Below are positions 20,335 to 29,962 of a stretch of DNA of 64,000 bases, piece by piece (within the stretch, counting starts at the first letter, position 1; every line of letters begins with the position of its first letter). Source of the stretch: an uncultured bacterium. Lineage in GTDB: Bacteria > Babelota > Babeliae > Babelales > Vermiphilaceae. The translations under genes were made by a program, and so were the position numbers. The stretch lies in assembly GCA_963707655.1 (NCBI GenBank), contig OY970172.1, forward strand, positions 640,001-704,000, written 5' to 3'. The notes below the pieces were generated by a model, which had not been told where the DNA came from, made no database searches, and saw only the letters and a list, made by a program, of their open reading frames with translations.

Positions 20335-21468
20335 ATGAACCAGCCATTTCGCTTTGAACTCATTCACCAATCAAAAAAATCCCGTGCGCGCGTGGGCAGA
20401 ATTCACACGCCTCATGGCATTATTGATACCCCCAATTTTGTTGGAGTGGGCACCAATGCTACGCTCAAGGCTCTTGATAGCGAAGCGGTTAACGCCCTTG
20501 GCCTGCAACTTATGTTTTGCAACACCTACCACTTAATGCTGCAACCGGGAACTCAGACCATTAAAAAAGCCGGTGGCCTGCACTCATTTATTAATCGCTC
20601 AATGCCTATCATTACTGATTCAGGCGGCTTTCAAGTATTTAGCCTTGCCTATGGCGGCGTAAAAGATGAATTAAAAAGTCGCGGACAAAAAAAAATTAAT
20701 AACTCGGTGTTGAAAATCAACGAAGACGGGGTTCTCTTTCGCTCATATCGCGATGGGGAAAAAATACTTCTTACACCGGAAACATCTATTGCTGCCCAAA
20801 AAGATCTGGGCGCCGATATTATCATCCCCTTTGATGAGTTGCCTCCCTACCATATTGATCAAAACAAACTTAAAGCATCACTTGAGCGTACTCATCGGTG
20901 GGAAAAGCGATCTCTTGATGCACATTTGCAATCCCCCAACAACCAAGCAATGTATGCGGTAATTCATGGCGGCATTGATCAAAAAATGCGCGCACAAAGC
21001 TGCAATTACTTAACTTCATTGCCATTTGATGGCTTTGCTATTGGCGGCTCGTTGGGCAAAACGCGCCAAGAAATGTTTGATCTGCTTAATTTCACCATGC
21101 CCTTGCTCCCGACTGATAAACCAAATCACCTCTTGGGTATTGGCGATCTAGCATCTTTGGAATATTGCATCAGCCAGGGAATTGACACTTTTGACAGCTC
21201 ACACCCGACACGATGCGCACGCCACGGTCTCTTGTTTACGTTTCAGGGAACAATAAAAATAGTTCATGCGAGCAACAAGGAGAACTTTAACCCCATTGAT
21301 AAACAATGCGCATGCATGGTATGTCAGCGCTACACCTTGGCCTACATACATCACCTATTCAAAGCAAACGAAATGACCGGATATACACTGGCCACCATAC
21401 ACAATTTACACTTTATGGTGCAATTAATGAAATCTTATAGAAACGCTATTTTGGAGGACAAAATCTAA
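20335..21468 (+). CDS. tgt: tRNA-guanine transglycosylase (Chlamydia-like pocket)
   Basis: NTYHL, TDSGGFQVFSL, HLLGIG, DTFDS, CACMVC...HNL zinc site; start moved to MNQPF. Confidence 0.96.
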   Translation: MNQPFRFELIHQSKKSRARVGRIHTPHGIIDTPNFVGVGTNATLKALDSEAVNALGLQLMFCNTYHLMLQPGTQTIKKAGGLHSFINRSMPIITDSGGFQVFSLAYGGVKDELKSRGQKKINNSVLKINEDGVLFRSYRDGEKILLTPETSIAAQKDLGADIIIPFDELPPYHIDQNKLKASLERTHRWEKRSLDAHLQSPNNQAMYAVIHGGIDQKMRAQSCNYLTSLPFDGFAIGGSLGKTRQEMFDLLNFTMPLLPTDKPNHLLGIGDLASLEYCISQGIDTFDSSHPTRCARHGLLFTFQGTIKIVHASNKENFNPIDKQCACMVCQRYTLAYIHHLFKANEMTGYTLATIHNLHFMVQLMKSYRNAILEDKI

Positions 21469-22211
21469 TGAAAACAATTACATCTCTTACTAATCCCGAC
21501 ATTAAATACCTTACCAGTCTGCATACAGCAAAAGGACGTGCTCAGCATAATCAATTTATTGCCGAAGGCATTCGCATCTGCCAAACATTAATCGATGGCT
21601 CTATTAAATTGGCACGTTTATATACTACACATGAAATGCTCACTCAAGCACAACAGATGGCTTCTGACGATCGCATTACCACTGTTTCGGTAAAAATAAT
21701 GGAAAAAATAAGCCCAAGCGTCAGCCCAAGCGGCATCATGGGAGTGTTCACCATACCAAAACCACTTGATCTTGCAGATCTTGGCTCCGGCTTAGTACTT
21801 GCTCAAATTTCTGACCCGGGCAACATGGGTGCTCTGATTCGTTCAGCTGCGGCTCTTGGCGCTAGATCGGTTGTAGTGGTTGAAGGGGCTGATATATGGA
21901 ATCCTAAAGTAGTTCAGGCAAGTGCAGGAACTCTGGGCAACGTAAAAATATTTCGCCCAAGCTGGCAAGAATTACTCGACGCTAAAGGCAACCTCAAACT
22001 CCACGCGCTTGTTGTAGAGGGTGGAGCGTCACCTGAAGCAGTTAATAAACGAGATTGCCTTCTTGTTGTTGGCAACGAAGCTCATGGCATTAATCCTGCC
22101 TGGCTCGCTCAATGCGACCAAGAGATAACTCTTTCTATGCCGGGGAAAATTGAAAGCCTTAATGCTGCAGTAGCCGGTTCTATTGCTTTATATATGGTTT
22201 TTGCACGCTAA
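21468..22211 (+). CDS. TrmH/SpoU family RNA methyltransferase
   Basis: DPGNMGALIRSA, VGNEAHG, ESLNAAVA. Confidence 0.92.
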   Translation: MKTITSLTNPDIKYLTSLHTAKGRAQHNQFIAEGIRICQTLIDGSIKLARLYTTHEMLTQAQQMASDDRITTVSVKIMEKISPSVSPSGIMGVFTIPKPLDLADLGSGLVLAQISDPGNMGALIRSAAALGARSVVVVEGADIWNPKVVQASAGTLGNVKIFRPSWQELLDAKGNLKLHALVVEGGASPEAVNKRDCLLVVGNEAHGINPAWLAQCDQEITLSMPGKIESLNAAVAGSIALYMVFAR

Positions 22212-22254
22212 AGAAACGCTTTTGAATCATTCGTGTAACTGGCTGCAATAGGTT

Positions 22255-23235
22255 ATGAGGTTATCATTAATTTCACGGATCGGGGCATGGCTGCTTAATT
22301 TTATCGATTTGCAGCTTTTTCTGATGTGTGTAAGCTTGCCGATTCTCATTGGTTGGGGAATTCCCCTGTCAGCGGCATCGCTGCTGGGCAATCTCATTTT
22401 TATGCCATTTTTAACCATGTTTCTTCTGCTCGCTTCGATAATATTTTTTTGTGAGTTATTACATATTCCCCAGGGAATACTCATATATTGTCTTGAAAAA
22501 GTCAGCTCTTGCTGGCTTTTTTGCATGCAGTTTGGTCAGCGCGATTGGCTTTTTGGCTTTCCATCGCTTCCTCTTGCCTTCCTCCTTATACTCACACTCA
22601 TTCCTTTCTTGATTATCTGCTCCCGCCACATTACACAACAATCAAAGCGCATAGGCTTTTTTATTCTGTTTCTCACCGCGTTATATGGGGTCAGCCATGT
22701 ATGGCAGAGTAGAAAAAGTGCGTCATTTTGTATCCAATCGGGCCGAGGCAAATGGCAAGGCTTGCATGCCCATAACCAAATCGTATTGATTGATGTTCAA
22801 GCCAGCAGCAGCATAAAAAAACCCTCATCAACCATTGATTACACGCTCATTCCTCAATTAATAAAAGAAACAGGCTCTTTTGCCATAGATCACTTGATTA
22901 TTACTAAGCCCGGCAAAGCAACATTTGAAACGCTTGATCACTTGCTGCGCAAAACAACGGTAAGACACCTGTATATTGCCTGGTGGGAAGGCAAACCCTC
23001 AAAGCATTTTTGGCGTAATTTTTTTACCTTAAAAGAGACAATGAAACAGACCGGATGCTGCTGTCATGTTATAAAAAACAAACCGGTTAGCATAATGCTT
23101 AGCGAAGCAGAAAAGATTGAAATCGAACCCGACAAGATAGTGCTCAATAGCACGAAAGAGATTTCATATCCCGCCTTTATTATTCGGCATGTAATTGACA
23201 ATAAAACTGACACCCTTTATGATGCATCACAATAG
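22255..23235 (+). CDS. ComEC-like partial protein (C-terminal TM region plus degenerate beta-lactamase-like domain)
   Basis: SLLGNLIFMP resembles ComEC SxxxNLxxxP; VLIDV...IDHLIITKP resembles a degenerate MBL motif. Confidence 0.5.
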   Translation: MRLSLISRIGAWLLNFIDLQLFLMCVSLPILIGWGIPLSAASLLGNLIFMPFLTMFLLLASIIFFCELLHIPQGILIYCLEKVSSCWLFCMQFGQRDWLFGFPSLPLAFLLILTLIPFLIICSRHITQQSKRIGFFILFLTALYGVSHVWQSRKSASFCIQSGRGKWQGLHAHNQIVLIDVQASSSIKKPSSTIDYTLIPQLIKETGSFAIDHLIITKPGKATFETLDHLLRKTTVRHLYIAWWEGKPSKHFWRNFFTLKETMKQTGCCCHVIKNKPVSIMLSEAEKIEIEPDKIVLNSTKEISYPAFIIRHVIDNKTDTLYDASQ

Positions 23236-23270
23236 ACATTTCAAGTATCAGGGAAATTTAAAGGATATAT

Positions 23271-23807
23271 ATGGCTGAAAGACAAGTAGTTTTTGTTGTC
23301 GCAAGTAGAGACTATCAACCCATAGAATATCAGGTCCCCAAACATCTTATTGAACAAGCAGGTTTCACCGTTTTAACCGCGAGTGATAAATCGGGAACTG
23401 CTCTTGCAAAAGATGGCTCAACCACCCACGTCGATCTTCTTCTTGACGCTTTTGACCCTACCGATTATGATGCGGTAGTTTTTATCGGCGGTCCGGGCGC
23501 TTTAGAATTCCTTGATAACAAAAAAAGCTATGATGTACTGAAAAAAGCAGCTGAAGCAAAAATAATTATCGCCGCTATATGCCTTTCAACCCGTATTCTT
23601 GCCAAATCAGGCATTCTAAAAAACAAAAAAGCCACCGGCTGGAATGATGATAAAGATCTTGAAGATATTTATAAAGAATACGGCGTTAACTATAAACTCA
23701 GCGATGTGGTCGTTGATGGTTCAATAATTACTGCCGTTGGCCCTGCTGCCGCGCGCGAATTTGCAGAAAATATCATCAGCTTATTGAGTGATAAATATAG
23801 TAAATAA
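23271..23807 (+). CDS. DJ-1/PfpI family protein
   Basis: YDAVVFIGGPG, AAICLS, VVVDGSIITAVGP. Confidence 0.92.
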   Translation: MAERQVVFVVASRDYQPIEYQVPKHLIEQAGFTVLTASDKSGTALAKDGSTTHVDLLLDAFDPTDYDAVVFIGGPGALEFLDNKKSYDVLKKAAEAKIIIAAICLSTRILAKSGILKNKKATGWNDDKDLEDIYKEYGVNYKLSDVVVDGSIITAVGPAAAREFAENIISLLSDKYSK

Positions 23808-23830
23808 AAAACATATTTTTGGGAGAAGTA

Positions 23831-24037
23831 ATGATTAGAATTAATAATCTTTTTATTTTATCTCTATTACTCACCACAAGCGCACTGCATAGCATGGATG
23901 CATCGAATAACGATCTCGGAGCCCGGAGGGTGGTCATACTTAAACAACTATTATTACAAGTATCTTTAATGTCAAATGACAGTAAGAAGTGTTATGATCG
24001 AATAACCATCCTGGAAAAAACCTATGAACAAAATTAA
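23831..24037 (+). CDS. Small hypothetical exported protein (possibly a truncated cassette)
   Basis: GGAG RBS; leader INNLFILSLLLTTSALHSMD nearly identical to that of the next gene. Confidence 0.55.
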   Translation: MIRINNLFILSLLLTTSALHSMDASNNDLGARRVVILKQLLLQVSLMSNDSKKCYDRITILEKTYEQN

Positions 24038-24092
24038 TAACATCTTTATTTTATCTCTATTACTCACCACAAGCGCACTGCATAGCATGGAT
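23840..24092 (+). repeat. Direct repeat of about 60 bp (23840-23899 and 24033-24092) encoding a signal peptide
   Basis: tttattttatctctattactcaccacaagcgcactgcatagcatggat is present exactly twice. Confidence 0.9.
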
Positions 24093-24431
24093 AATAGGCC
24101 TGATAATTCAGGCAACAATCCGCTGGATCCTCAGGCTTTAATGCAGTTGGCCGGGCCATTACTTGTTGGTAAAAGAATAATAATTATCGGCAAGTCATCT
24201 GAAATGGCCTCCGAAGGATCGTACCGTGGCAATGGCAGGTACCTTGGCAGCAGAACTACAAAATGGTATCACGAGTTAGCAATAACACTAGAAGACAAAA
24301 CTCCACCTTTAACACCTGAAGCATCTGATGACGAACAAGACAATCAGGATGTGCCAAGCGAACTAGACAGCTGGAACGAAAAAGTAAGAGAAGTGAAAGA
24401 AGCTCAGTACGATAGTTGCACCATTTCTTGA
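24024..24431 (+). CDS. Hypothetical exported protein ending in a CaaX-like motif (CTIS)
   Basis: Signal peptide; acidic C-terminal region; ends ...QYDSCTIS*. Confidence 0.7.
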   Translation: MNKINNIFILSLLLTTSALHSMDNRPDNSGNNPLDPQALMQLAGPLLVGKRIIIIGKSSEMASEGSYRGNGRYLGSRTTKWYHELAITLEDKTPPLTPEASDDEQDNQDVPSELDSWNEKVREVKEAQYDSCTIS

Positions 24432-24482
24432 TGTGACAAACGTATCCCCGCAGCGATAATACCGCACATAAAAAAGAGAGTA

Positions 24483-25700
24483 ATGAAGAGAATAACTCTA
24501 TTTATTTTTAGTCTCGTTTTAATTATTATCGGCTGTATTTATTATCATTTCATATATGTGAACCATGATGCTAAAACAGCCGACCCTCTTTTAGTCGTGG
24601 TTATCATGGTAAAAGATGAAGAAGCGGTGATTGTTGAAACACTCGATCCATTCGTACAAGGCGGCATTGATGCATTTCTTGTTTTTGACACTGGCTCCAC
24701 TGACAAAACTATTGAGCGCATAACCGGCTACTTTAAAGACAAAAAAATTACTCGCTTTGCCATAGAACAAGAACCTTTTATAGATTTTGCAACATCGCGC
24801 AATCGCGGGCTTGAATTGGCAGAAAAACATTTTCCCCATGCGGGATTTTTTATTATGCCGGATGCGGAATGGTATATTCATGGTGCCGATGCCTTGTGTG
24901 CTTTTTGCAAGCAGATGCTGCCTTTTGAAGAGTATGGGCTCTATGCGATGGAGACATTTTTCAAAGAAAATTGTAATCATTACGATGTCCCGCGTCTATT
25001 CCGCGCCAAATCACATATCAGATTTAAGGGAGTAGTGCATGAAATTCCTGCGTATAGTGGCATTATTATAAAAATTCCCGCGCAAATCTGGATAGAGCAT
25101 CGTTCATCAGAGTATGGTGATGAAAAGACCATAAAACGCGTGCATCGTGACATCAAACTATTAAGCGCCGAGCTTGAAAAGAATCCTGAAGATACGCGCA
25201 CCCTCTTTTATTTGGCCCAATCATACACGGTATTGGGCGATTATCATACGGCAATTAAATACCTGAAACAAAGAGTACAATATGGCGGGTTCGAAGAAGA
25301 ATATTTTGTTGCATTGCTGCGCATGGGCCAAATGTATGAACAATTATTTTTCAGAGGAGAAGCAAGCTGGCACGATGCAGAAGATGCATTTTTGCGCGCA
25401 GCGCGAAGCCACCCAAGCCGCTTGGAGCCATTGATTCATCTGGCGAATCATTATATGCATTATCACAATCCGCAATTGGCTTATGAATACGCCTTGAAGG
25501 CTTGCAATACCGCTTATCCCCATGAAGATGGCCTATTTATCAATAAAGAATTATATGACTTTGATCGTTGGAACATTTTGGCACGCGTGGCTGCGAATCT
25601 TAATAAATGGGATGAGGCAGAAACAGCCGCTTATGTGGCGCTCAAGACACATTCTGATATTCCTGAATTGCGTGCTATTCTTGCACACAACAAAGCATAA
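24483..25700 (+). CDS. Glycosyltransferase family 2 with TPR repeats
   Basis: MVKDEE, DTGSTDKT, DFATSRN, PDAEW, GVVHE, RTLFYLAQSY. Confidence 0.88.
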   Translation: MKRITLFIFSLVLIIIGCIYYHFIYVNHDAKTADPLLVVVIMVKDEEAVIVETLDPFVQGGIDAFLVFDTGSTDKTIERITGYFKDKKITRFAIEQEPFIDFATSRNRGLELAEKHFPHAGFFIMPDAEWYIHGADALCAFCKQMLPFEEYGLYAMETFFKENCNHYDVPRLFRAKSHIRFKGVVHEIPAYSGIIIKIPAQIWIEHRSSEYGDEKTIKRVHRDIKLLSAELEKNPEDTRTLFYLAQSYTVLGDYHTAIKYLKQRVQYGGFEEEYFVALLRMGQMYEQLFFRGEASWHDAEDAFLRAARSHPSRLEPLIHLANHYMHYHNPQLAYEYALKACNTAYPHEDGLFINKELYDFDRWNILARVAANLNKWDEAETAAYVALKTHSDIPELRAILAHNKA

Positions 25701-25746
25701 ATAAAACTCAAGGCCGATGAAAAATGGGCTGTTGATTGAGCTTTGT

Positions 25747-26517
25747 TTAATGCTGATAAAATTTGTTAACCCATTTTTCTATGCGTTCTTCTACTACGGG
25801 CCAATTGATATTATCCCACATTACTTTTAAATATTCTGCGCGGTTAATGCCAAAATCAATCATATAAGCATGTTCATACGTATCAATCATTAAAATGGGC
25901 AATACCAGGACCGGTACCGTCTCATTGTGCGCATCAAGAAGAAAATTAGAAACCAGATTGTCAGCTATGCAAAACCCAGTCATTACCCAACCACGCGCGC
26001 AACCGGCGGTGGCAATGAGATCTTTTTTAAAGGCCTCGATAGAGCCAAAGTTTTTGATTAACAGTGCGCGCGTCTGAGGACCCATCTCTTTGTTATTACC
26101 GCCTAAATTATCAAAATAAAGTTCATGCAAAAGTGCTCCGTTTAATGAAAAAGTTTCTGCAACCTTTAATGCCCTGAGCGGCGCATAGCTGGCAGCAACT
26201 TCATCTTTGTTTACACGGTAGAGCGCTTGTTCTATTTCGTTTCTTTTTTTTACGTATCCTTGATACAGCTTTTCATGCTGCTCAAGCTGTGATTTGGTTA
26301 ACCCATGAATAGTGGCAAAATCGAACGTACGTGGTTGATAATTATGAAGAACAGGAGCTGTTGCCTTTGCTTCTTCCGCTGTGTCCGCCACCGCTTTTTT
26401 CCCCAACACGATGGTATCAGTTGATTGCGACTCTCGCTGCTGGGTCACCCTGAAAATAAACAGCATGACAACAACGGTAAGTAGCGCAGTGACACCGTGA
26501 GAAAAAAATGAACGCAT
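25747..26517 (-). CDS. Fe/Mn superoxide dismutase family protein with N-terminal membrane anchor
   Basis: QHEKLYQGY, LLHELYF, DTYEHAY metal-ligand motifs; NINW. Confidence 0.85.
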   Translation of the reverse strand: MRSFFSHGVTALLTVVVMLFIFRVTQQRESQSTDTIVLGKKAVADTAEEAKATAPVLHNYQPRTFDFATIHGLTKSQLEQHEKLYQGYVKKRNEIEQALYRVNKDEVAASYAPLRALKVAETFSLNGALLHELYFDNLGGNNKEMGPQTRALLIKNFGSIEAFKKDLIATAGCARGWVMTGFCIADNLVSNFLLDAHNETVPVLVLPILMIDTYEHAYMIDFGINRAEYLKVMWDNINWPVVEERIEKWVNKFYQH

Positions 26518-26667
26518 GAATAACTCCTTGATTATCGACTTTTTTGTTTACCCTAACAAAAATGCATCTTCCATGACTATATTTACTATGAAGAAACACT
26601 TGCTTATTATGAGGTAGTTTTATAAGGTGAACTTAAATTTAATTATTTGAACAGAGAAGGAAAGAAA

Positions 26668-27102
26668 ATGCTTTCATTTTTTGCCGATTTTTTCTTATCA
26701 GAATGGCTGTGGAGCGTTACATGGGGCATGTACCACATCCCAATCAATATTTTTATTATGTTCTTGCTGACCAAGTTAACGGTGCATTACGGATCACGCT
26801 CAACGTTAGCCTTAACAGTTTCAGCAAATATTTTTGGCCTTGTAGCATTTACTGTTTTGGTTGGGAGCATCATCATCTTTGTTGTAGGACTCAACTATTT
26901 ACCCTCAGAAAGTGCCTACAGCGGTGAATATAGCAGCTTTGTGGCATCTTTATTTTTGGGAATTTTTTATGCGTTGTTGCAATCGTTCTTTTTTTATTTG
27001 ATTAATAAAAGATACCGCATTCAACTCTTGCATATGATTGCCATTGCTATGCTGAGCAATATTATGACTGCTCAGGTTGTTTATCTTTTACTAAATCATT
27101 AA
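26668..27102 (+). CDS. Hypothetical membrane protein (about 4 TM)
   Basis: Hydrophobic ORF; AAGGA RBS before MLSFF. Confidence 0.7.
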   Translation: MLSFFADFFLSEWLWSVTWGMYHIPINIFIMFLLTKLTVHYGSRSTLALTVSANIFGLVAFTVLVGSIIIFVVGLNYLPSESAYSGEYSSFVASLFLGIFYALLQSFFFYLINKRYRIQLLHMIAIAMLSNIMTAQVVYLLLNH

Positions 27103-29302
27103 AGAGTGGCCCAACCGATATTCCCTCAGCGTTTCTTCCTGCCGCTTGCTGACCAAGCGCGATTATAACATCGATGAATTCGCGTGGTTTAATGCCTATT
27201 TCTGCCGCTTGGTGAAAAATACAGGTTGCGGGAGTCATGCCGGGCAATGTGTTGATTTCCAGAATCACTACCCGCTCCGTTCCCGTTTTGCTTTGCTGCG
27301 CATTTTGATAAAAGCAGTCAATGCGCGCATATCCTTTGCATCCCAAAGTTTCATACACCGCTTCCATTGTTCGCTGCACAAGAGCAATTGCTGCCGATGG
27401 TAATGGTGCCGGCGTCTGGTTTTCGCCTGCACCGGGCAAAAATTTTTCTTGAATAGAAAGCACGTCTTTTGTTGTTATGGTTTGACTTGGCGGTAATGCA
27501 TGCGCTCTCGCGTTGCCAATAACCCCAACGGTAAGCTCCATACCAACAATATATTCCTCAACAAGTGCATGCTCTTTATTATTCTCAAAGATACAGCTGA
27601 GTGCCTGTAGTAACTGTTGCTCACTGCTTATTTTTTGTACCATAACACTGCAACCGTCATCGTGCGGTTTGACAATTAAGGGGAAGGGAATCTGTTCTGT
27701 AATTTTTTTAGCCATCATTACTTGATCTAATTGCCATTCATGTTTGGCGATAAGTATATGACCCGGAACATTAAATCCTTTATTTTTCAAAAACACGTTG
27801 GTTTTAAATTTATCCATACATAAAGCGCTGGTAAGAACCCCAGAGCCGTTGTAGGCAAGACCAAGCATTTCTAAAGTTCCCTGAACACAGCCATTTTCAC
27901 CCTGGCCACCGTGCAGCGCAATAAACACAAAATCAGCTATTTCAGGCAATCTGCCCCAGGCTACGCGTGATGAAGGCTCTATGAGCTGTTCAATTTCTGC
28001 TGTTGAACTGCGCACCAATAAACGTTGTGTTATATGATACAGCTCTGAGTCTTTGTTTAAAAACAGAGGAAGAACAGTATATTTTTCGCTCGACAATTTA
28101 TACACAATGTTGCGCCCAGATTCCAATGAAATCTCTTTTTCATTTGATGTGCCGCCCATTAAAACAGCAACTCGCATTTTTTGTGTCGGCATCAGATCTT
28201 CCTGTTCTTTTTTATTATTTACCTGCTCAAGCATGCCATACTGCTCAAGAGATGATTGAATAAGGTGGTTGATCAGCTGAGGATGACTCATCCCCTCTTC
28301 TGCCGCCTCCCGAAAGACAAAGCTTGATGGTGAAAGACCTGAGAAGCTATTGGGGTCAATAATTATTACTTCATGCTCTTTGGTTAAAAAACCATCAATA
28401 CGAGAAAGAGTGCGCATGCCCAGAATTTCAGTTGCCTGAATACAGGCTTCTTTAATTTTTGCTCTATTTTCTTGCGAACAGCGAGCCGGCGTGAATTCAA
28501 CTGCTTTTCCGGGCATGTATTTTTGTTCATAATCAAAAATAGTATTCTCTTGCTGATGAACCACTTCTGTGGGAGACAAGGCAAAGAAAGATTTTTTCGT
28601 GTAATCATACAAACTCACACATGAAAATTCCATACCTTCAATTTTTTCTTCGATCAACACCTCTTGCTGCCCGTTCGGCGATATGGCAGATGCATAACAA
28701 AGCGCATCATATAAATCATCTTCCTGCAATACAATGCGCACTCCCAAGCTTGAGCCTTCATGGCACGGTTTGACTACATAGGGTGCTCGTATTTTTTTTT
28801 GCGCAAGATCTGCCAAAATTGTTTGCTTGTGCTGTTCAAAATTGTTGATGCGCTCAACAGTAAGAGTTATCCCTCGTGCAACGCGAATGCCATGCATAGA
28901 GAGAATATCTTTTTGCATACTTTTATTCATGCCCAAAGCACTTGCCAACACTCCCGAGCCCAGATAGGGGATGCGCAACAGTTCGAGAAATCCTTGCAGT
29001 CGCCCATCTTCAGCAAATTGCCCATGCATTGCAATAAAAACAAAATCGACACATCTCTTTAAATCATCCCATATTATTTTTTGGGCCTCTTTTTCAAGTC
29101 GATGTTCAAAATCAGTTATTTTGCCTCTGTGGAGAAAATGCCAGGGCAACACGTATAGCGTACCGTGTAAAGATTGAAATAATGGAACAATGTCGTAGCA
29201 ATGAGTATCAAGATGGTCACATACCGTGCGACCGGAATTGAAAGAGACTTCTCTTTCAATTGATGTTCCACCCATTAATATGCCAACACGCAGTTTTTTC
29301 AT
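27062..29302 (-). CDS. ddl: Tandem two-domain D-alanine--D-alanine ligase family protein
   Basis: Two complete Ddl modules: GGTSIEREVS/GGTSNEKEIS, HGQFAEDG/HGGQGENG, YxGSGVL, VKP, RIDxF; EINTLPG in the second module. Confidence 0.9.
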   Translation of the reverse strand: MKKLRVGILMGGTSIEREVSFNSGRTVCDHLDTHCYDIVPLFQSLHGTLYVLPWHFLHRGKITDFEHRLEKEAQKIIWDDLKRCVDFVFIAMHGQFAEDGRLQGFLELLRIPYLGSGVLASALGMNKSMQKDILSMHGIRVARGITLTVERINNFEQHKQTILADLAQKKIRAPYVVKPCHEGSSLGVRIVLQEDDLYDALCYASAISPNGQQEVLIEEKIEGMEFSCVSLYDYTKKSFFALSPTEVVHQQENTIFDYEQKYMPGKAVEFTPARCSQENRAKIKEACIQATEILGMRTLSRIDGFLTKEHEVIIIDPNSFSGLSPSSFVFREAAEEGMSHPQLINHLIQSSLEQYGMLEQVNNKKEQEDLMPTQKMRVAVLMGGTSNEKEISLESGRNIVYKLSSEKYTVLPLFLNKDSELYHITQRLLVRSSTAEIEQLIEPSSRVAWGRLPEIADFVFIALHGGQGENGCVQGTLEMLGLAYNGSGVLTSALCMDKFKTNVFLKNKGFNVPGHILIAKHEWQLDQVMMAKKITEQIPFPLIVKPHDDGCSVMVQKISSEQQLLQALSCIFENNKEHALVEEYIVGMELTVGVIGNARAHALPPSQTITTKDVLSIQEKFLPGAGENQTPAPLPSAAIALVQRTMEAVYETLGCKGYARIDCFYQNAQQSKTGTERVVILEINTLPGMTPATCIFHQAAEIGIKPREFIDVIIALGQQAAGRNAEGISVGPLFNDLVKDKQPEQS

Positions 29303-29455
29303 AGCTATTTTTTAATCCCCCTGCTAAATACTCAGTTAAGAATAACAGGCTGTTGATATGAGTAAAGAGTAAAAAGTAAAATATGTTATATTATGTGATA
29401 TGATGACTAGCGCATCCCATTACTTATACATCTTATCAAAGATCGGTGCATCTGC

Positions 29456-29962
29456 ATGAAAACGTATCAATTTTTCTGTTTTGTTATTTGTTTGATGATA
29501 CAACACAATGTGTGGTGCATGGATAATCAGATCGGGCCAATGCTAACCGGCCAAGAAATTAACACTATGCTGACCGCCCTTGGAACAAATTCTTGGCACG
29601 ACAAAGAATGGATCTCTGTTATGAAAAAGCACTCGTGGGCATTGGCAAGTAGAGTGAATAGAGATGGAACCATTGAAAAGAAACACTTGGATCTTTTGAA
29701 AACATCACTACAACGGGCCGGTGATGACTTGCTGCGCATTAAGATTGGTATTAAATTGTTGACTCAAATCGTGAATCACGGGGATACCATTCAACAACAA
29801 ATTGCAACCAAAGATTTTGCCGCATTGCATGATGTATTGAATGATCTGCATGTTCCCGGCAGTGCCAAAAAACTGTATCAAGAAAGACACGTCACTTTTA
29901 TAGTTGAAGAAGAGGAATCAAGCGATGAACAAAGAACAGAACCTGGTCTGGATCGATCTTGA
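29456..29962 (+). CDS. Hypothetical exported protein
   Basis: Signal peptide ...HNVWC|MD. Confidence 0.65.
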   Translation: MKTYQFFCFVICLMIQHNVWCMDNQIGPMLTGQEINTMLTALGTNSWHDKEWISVMKKHSWALASRVNRDGTIEKKHLDLLKTSLQRAGDDLLRIKIGIKLLTQIVNHGDTIQQQIATKDFAALHDVLNDLHVPGSAKKLYQERHVTFIVEEEESSDEQRTEPGLDRS

